The translations under genes and the position numbers were made by a program. The notes below the pieces were generated by a model. The model worked only from the letters and a program-made list of their open reading frames with translations, did no database searches and was not told the DNA's origin. A stretch of 64,000 nt of DNA from a virus: positions 1-64,000 of the IMG/VR virus record IMGVR_UViG_3300028008_000005; one strand, written 5' to 3'. How positions within the stretch are numbered: the stretch's first letter is position 1; the number at the start of each line of letters is the position of its first letter. This document shows positions 19,133-28,217 of the stretch, in pieces.

Positions 19133-20448
19133 TGTGCGGATTTATTGCTTCCCAAAATTCAGACGTAGACCTAAAAAAACTTATAAACAATATGGCTTAT
19201 CGAGGCATCCTTGGTTATAAGGGTTATCACGAAGAACCATTCTATAAGATAAAACTTTGTCATTATAGCTTACCCTTTGTTAATTTAGATCCAGATGTTG
19301 CTATTCAACCTGTTACGGTTAGCAATCGTAAATCATTATTTGTAGGGGAAATCTTTAACTACAAAGAGCTAGGTGCTGAAACAGACGGTATATGCATATC
19401 AGATGCATTCCACAACACTCTTAATTGGGTAGAAGAATTCCATAAGTTCGATGGCTTTTGGTCATTCGTTACAGAATATGAAGGTAGTCTAATTGCTATT
19501 ACTGATTACCTAGCTCAAAAGCCAATATATTATCGTACAGATATCGAAGCCTTTGCTTCTGAAATCGATGTACTAAAAGAATTTGGCCCTGTAACAAGAG
19601 ACGAGCTATTTCACTCTAACACTATGAAATGGGGATATGATCCTACAGGGTTAACACCTTGGAATGAGATTAAGCAGATCCCACCAGGATGCTACTACCA
19701 CAAAGGTAACATCCATTCGTATTGGGATTGGTCAAAGGTTACCCGATCTGATTCTCTAGTAGATGATCTTCGTAAAGCTACTGAACTCCGGTTAGGTGGT
19801 GAACGCGAGGTGTCTATACTACTATCTGGTGGATTAGATTCGTCTATAGTCTACGGTCTAATCAAAGAACTTGGCCGTGATGTTAAAGCTATTCATGTAG
19901 AGAATCACGAAAAAGACTTTGCATCCCTTATGACCAAGGACCTTATTGAGGTAACACTCGATTCTGTATCAGATGAAGATTCAGTTAGAATACACCAAAG
20001 CCCAGTAGATCTTGGTTCGGTTAAGCCTCAGTTAGCTATGGGTAAGAAGCTTAAACAATTAGGCTTTAACGCTGTTATGACAGGCGATGGTGCAGACGAA
20101 CTTTTTGGTGGTTACAGACGAGCAGAACAATATGATTCGCAGTATTCAGACGTATTCTGCGAACTTCCCTACTATCACCTTCCTAAGCTAGATCGAACAA
20201 TGATGTATTATACAATCGAGCTTAGAACTCCCTTCCTCGCTCCTAGCGTTATTAAGCATGCTCTTGAATTACCATATGAAATGCGTATGGGTAAAAAGCA
20301 AAAGCTTATCGACGAATTCGCTTACTTACTCCCAAAAGAAATTTTAGAAAGACAGAAACATCCGCTTAAAACAGATTCAATTCGTAATGACCCTATGAAG
20401 CAAAGGACGATTAACAACGAAATATGGAGTAAATTATATGGAAGATAA
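19132..20448 (+). CDS. Asparagine synthetase B-like glutamine amidotransferase
   Basis: N-terminal MCG (Ntn Cys), GEIFNY, PP-loop LLSGGLDSS, TGDGADELFGGY, KLDR..M...ELRTPFL. Confidence 0.9.
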   Translation: MCGFIASQNSDVDLKKLINNMAYRGILGYKGYHEEPFYKIKLCHYSLPFVNLDPDVAIQPVTVSNRKSLFVGEIFNYKELGAETDGICISDAFHNTLNWVEEFHKFDGFWSFVTEYEGSLIAITDYLAQKPIYYRTDIEAFASEIDVLKEFGPVTRDELFHSNTMKWGYDPTGLTPWNEIKQIPPGCYYHKGNIHSYWDWSKVTRSDSLVDDLRKATELRLGGEREVSILLSGGLDSSIVYGLIKELGRDVKAIHVENHEKDFASLMTKDLIEVTLDSVSDEDSVRIHQSPVDLGSVKPQLAMGKKLKQLGFNAVMTGDGADELFGGYRRAEQYDSQYSDVFCELPYYHLPKLDRTMMYYTIELRTPFLAPSVIKHALELPYEMRMGKKQKLIDEFAYLLPKEILERQKHPLKTDSIRNDPMKQRTINNEIWSKLYGR

Positions 20449-20878
20449 ACTATGGGATAAGCGCTATCTTAATTTAGCTAAAGAGGTAGCACTGTGGTCA
20501 AAAGATCCTTCTTCAAAGATTGGATCTGTTGCTATTGGCGGTCAAGGCCAAGTCCTTGCTCAGGGTTACAACGGCTTTCCTCGTGGTGTAGACGATAGCG
20601 TAGAAAGATATAGCGATAGAGAAACAAAGTACAAGTATGTAGTTCATTCTGAAATGAATGTTATATACAATGCTTCATATAATGGGGTATCACTCAAAGG
20701 ATCAACCTTATATGTTTATGGCCTACCAGTATGCTCAGAATGTGCTAAAGGTATAATACAAACTGGAATTTCTCGTATTGTAATGGGTAGTGAATCGTTA
20801 CCTGAGAGATGGATGGAATCGTTTGAAACAACTAAGATCCTATTTGATGAAGCTGGCGTCAAATGGGAATTCATATAA
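20438..20878 (+). CDS. cd: dCMP deaminase
   Basis: SKDP..KIG, GYNGFPRG, HSEMN, PVCSEC zinc motifs. Confidence 0.92.
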   Translation: MEDKLWDKRYLNLAKEVALWSKDPSSKIGSVAIGGQGQVLAQGYNGFPRGVDDSVERYSDRETKYKYVVHSEMNVIYNASYNGVSLKGSTLYVYGLPVCSECAKGIIQTGISRIVMGSESLPERWMESFETTKILFDEAGVKWEFI

Positions 20879-20939
20879 AAGAGTATACAAAATTGCAATA
20901 CTATGGTATAATAGTAGACTATATTAAAGAGGTAACACT

Positions 20940-22010
20940 ATGTCGATAATGGATAAACTAAAAAAGAACTCTAAGCTTAAGCATACCCAAATCTTAAGCA
21001 AATCAAAGTTCTTTACTGATAAGGATATGGTACCAACAGACGTACCAATGATTAACGTAGCACTTTCTGGGTCTATAGATGGTGGGCTTAGTCCTGGACT
21101 AACAGTTCTTGCTGGTCCATCTAAGCACTTTAAGACCTCATTTGCCCTAGTTATGGCTTCTGCTTATATGCGAAAATATCCAGAAGCTGTTATGCTGTTT
21201 TACGATTCAGAGTTTGGATCACCACAATCTTACTTTGAGTCTTTCGATGTTGATCCCGGCCGTGTACTCCACACTCCCGTTACTAACGTTGAAGAGCTTA
21301 AGTTCGATCTAATCAATCAACTAGAGTCTATTGAGCGTGGTGATAAGGTCATTATCGTTATTGACTCAATCGGTAACCTAGCATCAAAGAAAGAATTAGA
21401 CGATGCTATAAACGAAAAATCAGTTGCTGATATGTCTCGTGCTAAAGCTCTGAAGGGTCTATTCCGTATGTCAACACCTTACTTGACTATGAAAGATATC
21501 CCAATGCTTGCTGTTAATCATACCTATCAAGAAATGGGTCTATTCCCTAAAGCTATCGTCTCTGGCGGTACTGGCATCTATTACTCTGCAGACAATATCT
21601 GGATTATTGGTCGTCGTCAGAATAAGAAAGGTACAGACGTTGTTGGATATGACTTTGTGGTTAACGTAGATAAGTCTCGTTATGTTAAAGAGAAATCTAA
21701 GGTACCAATTACAGTTTCTTGGGATGGTGGTATTGAAAAGTATTCTGGCCTACTTGAAGTTGCTCTTGCTGGCGGCTTTGTTGCTAAGCCAAGTAATGGA
21801 TGGTATTGCCGTGTAGATAAGTCCACTGGGGAAATGGTAGAACCAAAGGTACGAGAAGCCCAAACTCTTCAAGCTGAGTTCTGGGAGCCTATCCTAGAAG
21901 AAAAAGATGGATTCAAAGAGTTTGTTAAGGAGCACTATACAATTGGATATCGCTCTCAAATACCAGACACAGTATTAGAGGATTTACTTTTGGAGGAAAA
22001 TGGTGTATAA
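20940..22010 (+). CDS. uvsX: RecA-like recombinase UvsX
   Basis: AGPSKHFKT, FYDSEFG, IDSIGNLASKKE, SGGTGIYYSAD. Confidence 0.96.
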   Translation: MSIMDKLKKNSKLKHTQILSKSKFFTDKDMVPTDVPMINVALSGSIDGGLSPGLTVLAGPSKHFKTSFALVMASAYMRKYPEAVMLFYDSEFGSPQSYFESFDVDPGRVLHTPVTNVEELKFDLINQLESIERGDKVIIVIDSIGNLASKKELDDAINEKSVADMSRAKALKGLFRMSTPYLTMKDIPMLAVNHTYQEMGLFPKAIVSGGTGIYYSADNIWIIGRRQNKKGTDVVGYDFVVNVDKSRYVKEKSKVPITVSWDGGIEKYSGLLEVALAGGFVAKPSNGWYCRVDKSTGEMVEPKVREAQTLQAEFWEPILEEKDGFKEFVKEHYTIGYRSQIPDTVLEDLLLEENGV

Positions 22011-22350
22011 TAGTATAACGAAATATGATTACGAGCGTATATCATATATTGAAAATTCTGACCACGATTCGTTTAAGATACTAAATGGGAAATATTCTGG
22101 TACAATTTTAACATACGGTAAAATTGCTTTAACAGAACCAACTACCAAAGATTCAGATGAGGCAACACTTTCATATGAATTCAATATTAATGAAACACCG
22201 TTAGACGGTGATCTTTCAGAATCGGTAGAGTTTCAGAACTATGCCGGTGACATGCTTCAAGTAATAATAGAAGAAGCCTTAGAAGAAAAACACCACATTG
22301 GAGAAAAGCCCGTTGATACAAACAGTCATTTTGAGAAATCTTATAACTAA
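22000..22350 (+). CDS. Hypothetical protein (position of T4 gene 40)
   Basis: Lies between uvsX and 41. Confidence 0.55.
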   Translation: MVYNSITKYDYERISYIENSDHDSFKILNGKYSGTILTYGKIALTEPTTKDSDEATLSYEFNINETPLDGDLSESVEFQNYAGDMLQVIIEEALEEKHHIGEKPVDTNSHFEKSYN

Positions 22351-23674
22351 TGATGACTTTACTCGTAAGGTTATCCCCTTCTTACGAAAAGAATACTTCG
22401 AAGGTTCACACCGAGTAGTATTTGATAAGATTCTTGAGTTTGTTGGTAAGTATAACAAGCTGCCAACTCAAGAATCCCTAAATGTTGATTTAGATGAATC
22501 CTTCCTTAACGATCAGCAGTTCTCTGATGCTGCTGACGTTATTCGGGAAATCTCTTCCCCTGCTGAAAACCCAGACGCTGATTGGCTACTAGAACATACA
22601 GAAAAGTGGTGTCAGGATCGTGCAATACATCTTGCTATTATGAAGTCTATCTCTATCATCGACGGCAAAGACCCAGATATGACTAAGAATGCTTTGCCAG
22701 AGTTACTCTCAGAAGCTTTATCTGTAGGCTTTGATACAAACGTTGGTCACGACTATCTTGCCAATGGCGAAGAAAGATATGAATTCTATCATCAGGTAGA
22801 AGATAAGATCCCATTTGACCTTGATCGATTCAACGAAATAACCAAAGGTGGCTTACCTAAGAAAACTCTTAATATTGCTCTTGCCGGTACTGGCGTTGGT
22901 AAGTCTTTGTTCATGTGTCACGTTGCTGGTTCAGTCTTGGCACAGGGTAAAAACGCTCTTTATATTACTATGGAAATGGCAGAAGAAAAGATTGCAGAAC
23001 GTATCGATGCTAATCTAATGAATGTAGCTATTGACCAGCTTGGTAATCTTTCCAAAGATATGTTTACATCCAAGGTAAAAAATATAGGGGATAGGTATCA
23101 GGGTCAACTACTGATCAAGGAATACCCAACTGGCAATGCTCATGTTGGTCACTTTCGTGCACTGCTTAAAGAGCTCAAGCTTAAGAAAAACTTTATGCCA
23201 GATATAATCTTTATTGACTATTTGAATATCTGCGCATCATCTCGTATGAAAGGTATGGGCGGTGCAATTAACTCTTATTCCTATATCAAAGCAATTGCAG
23301 AAGAGATTCGTGGTCTTGCCGTAGAGTTTAACGTTCCCATTATGTCAGCTACACAAACTACACGATCCGGTTTTGCCAACTCCGACGTGGGGCTTGAAGA
23401 TACCTCGGAATCATTTGGTCTACCTGCAACAGCAGACTTAATGTTTGCACTTATCTCAAACGAAGAGCTAGACAATCTTGGTCAGATAATGGTCAAGCAA
23501 TTAAAAAATCGATATAACGATCCTGGTACAAATAAGCGATTTGTTATCGGTGTAGATAGAAGTAAGATGAAGCTATTTGACGTAGAGCAGTCAGCACAAC
23601 TTGGATTAACAGATACTGGCGTAACTACAAATACTAATTATGGTGCTAAAAAATACGAAGGATTTAAGGTATGA
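22298..23674 (+). CDS. 41: Replicative DNA helicase (gp41, DnaB-like)
   Basis: AGTGVGKSL, YITMEMAEE, IKEYPT, IDYLNIC, SESFGLPATAD, KQLKNRY. Confidence 0.96.
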   Translation: MEKSPLIQTVILRNLITNDDFTRKVIPFLRKEYFEGSHRVVFDKILEFVGKYNKLPTQESLNVDLDESFLNDQQFSDAADVIREISSPAENPDADWLLEHTEKWCQDRAIHLAIMKSISIIDGKDPDMTKNALPELLSEALSVGFDTNVGHDYLANGEERYEFYHQVEDKIPFDLDRFNEITKGGLPKKTLNIALAGTGVGKSLFMCHVAGSVLAQGKNALYITMEMAEEKIAERIDANLMNVAIDQLGNLSKDMFTSKVKNIGDRYQGQLLIKEYPTGNAHVGHFRALLKELKLKKNFMPDIIFIDYLNICASSRMKGMGGAINSYSYIKAIAEEIRGLAVEFNVPIMSATQTTRSGFANSDVGLEDTSESFGLPATADLMFALISNEELDNLGQIMVKQLKNRYNDPGTNKRFVIGVDRSKMKLFDVEQSAQLGLTDTGVTTNTNYGAKKYEGFKV

Positions 23675-24354
23675 TGGTAAAGCTATTAAGCTACTCTAAA
23701 GCTACTGGAGAATACGAGTTCGGGGACAAGACCGAATTACAAGATATTATAGCATACTGTGCTAGAGTATCTAACCCTGCTAATCAGAGCAATACAAAGA
23801 CAAATGAAAAGCTTCTTAGTTATCTTGCTAAGCACAAGCATTGGTCACCCTTTGAAATGGTATCAGTGTGTATGGAAATTGAAACAACTCGAGATATAGC
23901 TCGGCAAATACTTCGTCATAGATCGTTTAGCTTTCAGGAGTTTAGCCAGAGATATGCAGATCCAACAGAAGATCTAGACTTTGTATTGCGAGAAGCTCGA
24001 TTACAGGATACTAAGAATCGACAAAACTCTATAGAGATCGATGAACTCTCAGGTCCTGAGGGACAGCAACTACAAAAAGATTGGGCAGCAATTCAGTATC
24101 AGGTTATTCACGAAGCAAAGATGGCTTATCGATGGGCTATTCAGAATGGTATTGCTAAAGAGCAAGCCCGTGCAGTACTGCCTGAAGGTAATACAGTCTC
24201 TCGACTATACATGAATGGTACTCTTCGTTCTTGGCTTCATTATATAGAGTTAAGGTCGGAAAACGGGACACAGAAAGAGCATATTGAAGTAGCTAAAGAA
24301 TGTGGTAATCAAATAGCAAAGGTATTCCCTTCAATTTTAGAGATGGTAAACTAA
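23671..24354 (+). CDS. thyX: FAD-dependent thymidylate synthase ThyX
   Basis: HWSPFE, RQILRHRSFSFQEFSQRY, KEQARAVLP, TQKEH. Confidence 0.95.
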   Translation: MMVKLLSYSKATGEYEFGDKTELQDIIAYCARVSNPANQSNTKTNEKLLSYLAKHKHWSPFEMVSVCMEIETTRDIARQILRHRSFSFQEFSQRYADPTEDLDFVLREARLQDTKNRQNSIEIDELSGPEGQQLQKDWAAIQYQVIHEAKMAYRWAIQNGIAKEQARAVLPEGNTVSRLYMNGTLRSWLHYIELRSENGTQKEHIEVAKECGNQIAKVFPSILEMVN

Positions 24355-24554
24355 TGGAACTTATATCAACATATTGGCGTGACTCAGATAATTCTACTGC
24401 AAAGGTATATAAGAAGGTAGATGAAAAATGTACTATTCAATATTATAGCAATCTTGGAGTTCTATTGGGCAGTGAATCCTTCCCTGATAAGACATTGCGC
24501 TATCATGAGGATGCAGCAGAGAATTGGGCATTAGGTATTAAACTGACACCTTAG
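24354..24554 (+). CDS. Hypothetical protein
   Basis: Translationally coupled; EDAAENWALG C-terminus. Confidence 0.6.
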   Translation: MELISTYWRDSDNSTAKVYKKVDEKCTIQYYSNLGVLLGSESFPDKTLRYHEDAAENWALGIKLTP

Positions 24555-24565
24555 GAGGAATTATT

Positions 24566-25051
24566 ATGCTAAACCTTCATAGAATAACTTGGCCAGATGG
24601 ACATACTTACGATGGTCAAGCGATGGGTCTTTTAGAAGAAGATCCGGTCAGACCTCATATTCCTAAATTAGATAGAGTTATAAAGAATCGCGAGGTCCTT
24701 TATCTTTTGTCTAATAGCGGTAAAATTAATGCTATAGTGTGTATATCAATTAATGATAAGCAGGCTATATCAGAAGAAGACCTATCCTCCTGGAGATATG
24801 GGGAAAAGAAAGATGTAGAAAATATGTTTGCTCATCTCTATACCGTATGGAGTTATAGCAAAGGTGCTGGAAGAGATATTGCCTTTGCAGCAATTGAATA
24901 TATAAAGTATACGTATCCGAATGTAAAAAGAATTCTTACTCTATCCCCTAAAACGGAAATGGCTAAAAAATTCCATCTTAAAAATGGAGCAATTGAATTA
25001 CAGGTTAATGAAGATACAGTTAACTTTGAATATAAAATTAAGGAAATATAA
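24566..25051 (+). CDS. Conserved hypothetical protein, GNAT-like
   Basis: DPVRPHI, YTVWSYSKGAGR, TLSPKTEMAKKFHLKNGA; AGGAGG RBS. Confidence 0.6.
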   Translation: MLNLHRITWPDGHTYDGQAMGLLEEDPVRPHIPKLDRVIKNREVLYLLSNSGKINAIVCISINDKQAISEEDLSSWRYGEKKDVENMFAHLYTVWSYSKGAGRDIAFAAIEYIKYTYPNVKRILTLSPKTEMAKKFHLKNGAIELQVNEDTVNFEYKIKEI

Positions 25052-25281
25052 TGTATTTAGAACCGTGGATGCTTGGTGGCTTATTCGTTTGGTGGCTCGC
25101 TTCTGTTTATGCGATATCAAAAAAAGAGAGGGAAAAATCATTTGCCGTAGGATTAAGTCTTGGTGTTAAATACACCATAACAGGATATGTGAAAGACAGG
25201 ACTATTAGCTATAAGAGAGTTTGTGCGTCTCTTATAGATGACTTAAATTCAGGAGCTGTACAAATAGAGGACTATGAATAG
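25051..25281 (+). CDS. Small membrane protein
   Basis: N-terminal hydrophobic segment. Confidence 0.55.
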   Translation: MYLEPWMLGGLFVWWLASVYAISKKEREKSFAVGLSLGVKYTITGYVKDRTISYKRVCASLIDDLNSGAVQIEDYE

Positions 25282-25751
25282 TGTATGAATATAAAGCAAA
25301 AGTAATAAAGGTAATAGATGGAGACACCGCAGATGTAGACATTGATCTTGGCTTTGATATAATACTGTCTAACCAAAGAATTCGTTTTATGGGTGTTGAT
25401 ACACCAGAATCCAGGACTTCCGATAAAGAAGAAAAGGTATATGGCCTATTAGCGAAGGACTTCGTTCAATCCCATCTTGTAAAGGGTGATTATGTTACTC
25501 TGCAGACATTTAAGGACGATCGGGGTAAATTCGGTAGGGTTCTAGGCGATTTTAAAGTATACGACACCAATAATGATCGATGGACTACTCTTTGTAGGCT
25601 GCTAATTGAAAATAACTTAGGTGTAGCATATCACGGTCAAAGCAAAGACGATATTAAAGAAGAGCACCTTAGAAACAGACAGATTCTTTCTGAAAAAGTA
25701 AATCTTAGGGTTAAAATTGAAAAAGTAAATCTTAGGGTTAAAATTCCGTAA
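25281..25751 (+). CDS. Thermonuclease (SNase-like) protein
   Basis: KVIDGDT, RIRFMGVDTPE, GKFGRVLG. Confidence 0.85.
   Translation: MYEYKAKVIKVIDGDTADVDIDLGFDIILSNQRIRFMGVDTPESRTSDKEEKVYGLLAKDFVQSHLVKGDYVTLQTFKDDRGKFGRVLGDFKVYDTNNDRWTTLCRLLIENNLGVAYHGQSKDDIKEEHLRNRQILSEKVNLRVKIEKVNLRVKIP
25691..25744. repeat. Perfect 27 bp tandem duplication
   Basis: TGAAAAAGTAAATCTTAGGGTTAAAAT x2, encoding EKVNLRVKI twice. Confidence 0.9.
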
Positions 25752-25752
25752 A

Positions 25753-25916
25753 GTTACGATCTGTGACGATCTTTTTTCTTTAATAAAATCAATGGCTTAT
25801 GAGATTGTTTTTCATAAGCCATTGTTTTATATAGAGTTTTTATTTTGGTCATATTATTTACAAAGGGCCCGTACTACGGTATAATACTCTCGTAAATTAA
25901 ACAAAGGACCAAGATT
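25753..25916 (+). promoter_or_regulatory. Early promoter cassette with ~80 bp inverted-repeat insert
   Basis: Box GTTACGATCTGTGACGATCT 25753-25772; IR AAATCAATGGCTTATGA/TCATAAGCCATTGTTT; TTTACA 25857-25862; TATAAT 25880-25885; conserved leader. Confidence 0.75.
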
Positions 25917-26225
25917 ATGCTAGTTACTGTCTTCCATAAAGAATACGATCAAAACGATAACAAAGTGTTTAATAAGATGTGTGTTGTTAAAGCTCCATTT
26001 GAATCAGTTGACGAAAACCTTGAGTATGCTTGGCGTTACACTAATAACATCAACGGCTCATGGTCACGTAACGACATTGGAGACAACGCTGATTGGAACG
26101 AAGACGTTATAGAAATTGCTCCTCTAGAGAATGGATATGGCCATCGTTCATCAATGGTTCGTGATCGTTTCGAAGTTAACAATGAAACATATGAAGTTGA
26201 TGTGTTCGGTTTCTCTAAGATCTAA
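25917..26225 (+). CDS. Hypothetical early protein
   Basis: Follows promoter cassette and AAGGA RBS. Confidence 0.7.
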   Translation: MLVTVFHKEYDQNDNKVFNKMCVVKAPFESVDENLEYAWRYTNNINGSWSRNDIGDNADWNEDVIEIAPLENGYGHRSSMVRDRFEVNNETYEVDVFGFSKI

Positions 26226-26334
26226 AAGGAAAAATAATGAACGACGATGAACATGATGAGGGTAAAGCTATTATGGGATTACTGCTTATACCCTCCCTTA
26301 TCTTATTTTATATAATAAGCCAATCAGGAATTCT

Positions 26335-26820
26335 ATGATTATTACCCAATATGAAGGACGCACTAATAAAGAAGAGCGCGAGATGATTGACGAGCTAAGT
26401 CTCTTTATTTCTGAAAAATACTTTCCTAAGCATAAGGTACAGGTTACTTATAAGATAATGCGTTGCCTTGAAAAGAATGAAGGTATCCAAGGTGATACAA
26501 TTTGGGAAGATAATACAAAGGATGAAAACGACGTATTCCCAATATCATCTTGTGCTAGACCTCGCTGCTTTACTATTCGAATGCAGAAAGGGTACGATAC
26601 TAAAACTTTTCTAACTCTTATCGCTCACGAGATGGTTCATGTAAAACAATATGTTCTCGGGGAGATGACCAACAGATACGATGCTAAGAATACTGTTTAT
26701 CGTACTAAGTGGAAAGGTAAAGATGTAACTAATTGGTCTTACATGCGTCAGCCATTTGAAAAAGAAGCCTATAGATTACAGGAAAAACTCTTACTTCAGT
26801 TTATGAAATCATATAAATAG
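26335..26820 (+). CDS. Zinc metallopeptidase-like protein (HExxH)
   Basis: LIAHEMVHVKQY...PFEKEAY. Confidence 0.75.
   Translation: MIITQYEGRTNKEEREMIDELSLFISEKYFPKHKVQVTYKIMRCLEKNEGIQGDTIWEDNTKDENDVFPISSCARPRCFTIRMQKGYDTKTFLTLIAHEMVHVKQYVLGEMTNRYDAKNTVYRTKWKGKDVTNWSYMRQPFEKEAYRLQEKLLLQFMKSYK
26812..26819 (+). promoter_or_regulatory. T4-type late promoter TATAAATA
   Basis: Exact consensus 27 nt upstream of ORF 26847. Confidence 0.75.
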
Positions 26821-26846
26821 TACTATCTAAAGAGAAGAGGTACAGC

Positions 26847-28217
26847 GTGAAAAAATTTAAAAGCTTTGTCGTTGAAGACATGAGACCGCTTACCCCTGCT
26901 GAATTTCAAAAGCCGAATTCCCAAACTGGTGAGCCAAGACTAGAGCTACTTGTTAAAGCAATTATATCAGGTACTCCTCTCCCAACGGTTGATAAAAAAA
27001 CCGTATTTCTAGCTAATGATCCTGAAAACCTTAAAGCTGTAGATCAGTTTAAAAAAGAAACAAAGCCCAAACCGATGTCTCTCAAAACAAAAGAAGGGGA
27101 TAGCATATCTTCTTCTAAACTCGGTAAGTCTGCTTATTTCGGTGGTGGCAAGGGTGCTGGCGGTGGAACCGATAATACTGCAGTAGTTGAGTCTGCTCAA
27201 TGCCTGTGGCTTGCTGCTATGCTTAAGCACGGGGCTAATCAGCCAATCGAATATTACACCCCTGAGGTTCTTAAGTCTTTTATGGGCAAGGTTTCAGTGG
27301 GTAAGACATCATTTGATGATATGATCTCGATTGATCCAACGTGGGCTTACTCGTCATACTACTCTGCTAAAAAATTAATAGCAGAAAGATATGTTAATAG
27401 TAATCACATCTTTCATCGCGATTCAAAGGAAATGAAATTTATATACGATGCAAAGAAGACAGCATTAAAAAATAGTGGACTCGGCTCTATGTCAGACGAC
27501 AAGTGGAATCCAGGAGATATCTGGGCCATAGAGTCTGGTGTAAACCTATCAAAGGAATTAGATATTAGTTCTATCTCTTCTTTAAATAGTTCATTGCTCA
27601 AACTCTTTACGTCTCGTAAGGTTATTGGTATCTCTCTTAAGCAAGTTAAAAAAGATCCTGCAAAGATCAAAGAGTACAACTTCGAATCTGCCCCTTCATC
27701 TCACAAATTTATTTCTGCTAAGACTAAATCTAACCGTGGAGACTTCTTTTCCAACAAAGGCGGATTCATAGAATTTAGCTCTGGCCTAATGGACATACGA
27801 CCTAATAGCTATATGGGTACAAATAAGATTGAGATCCGCGGAACTAATTCTCGTGGCGGTGGAGCTGGATGGCAAACTGTAGTATATTCTGCTAAAAAAT
27901 ATATGAATGTAAAGGTTCGTACCCACGCAGAGACCAAAAAACTGGCTAATAAGATATTAAAGGGTGATAAAAGAGCAATACAAATATTCTTTCTTAGATC
28001 CAAGATCTGCGATTCGTCCTTGACCTATGACTATTTTGCTGAGCAAATAAAAGAAAAAGATGGTGGCTGGATTACAGCTAAGATTGGTGCAGTAGATGTA
28101 TGTAGTGTTCTTATTCAAAAGAAAGGCACAAAGTCTGACGCCTTTATTAATTCTATTGTAAACTATGCTGCATCAACTTCCGAAGAATCGTCAGTATTCA
28201 TAAAGGTATCCCAATAA
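26847..28217 (+). CDS. Late protein, putative PD-(D/E)XK nuclease with capsid-targeting-like N-terminus
   Basis: N-terminus MKKFKSFVVE; ESAQC, KWNPGDIW...IGISLKQ nuclease-like motifs. Confidence 0.6.
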   Translation: MKKFKSFVVEDMRPLTPAEFQKPNSQTGEPRLELLVKAIISGTPLPTVDKKTVFLANDPENLKAVDQFKKETKPKPMSLKTKEGDSISSSKLGKSAYFGGGKGAGGGTDNTAVVESAQCLWLAAMLKHGANQPIEYYTPEVLKSFMGKVSVGKTSFDDMISIDPTWAYSSYYSAKKLIAERYVNSNHIFHRDSKEMKFIYDAKKTALKNSGLGSMSDDKWNPGDIWAIESGVNLSKELDISSISSLNSSLLKLFTSRKVIGISLKQVKKDPAKIKEYNFESAPSSHKFISAKTKSNRGDFFSNKGGFIEFSSGLMDIRPNSYMGTNKIEIRGTNSRGGGAGWQTVVYSAKKYMNVKVRTHAETKKLANKILKGDKRAIQIFFLRSKICDSSLTYDYFAEQIKEKDGGWITAKIGAVDVCSVLIQKKGTKSDAFINSIVNYAASTSEESSVFIKVSQ

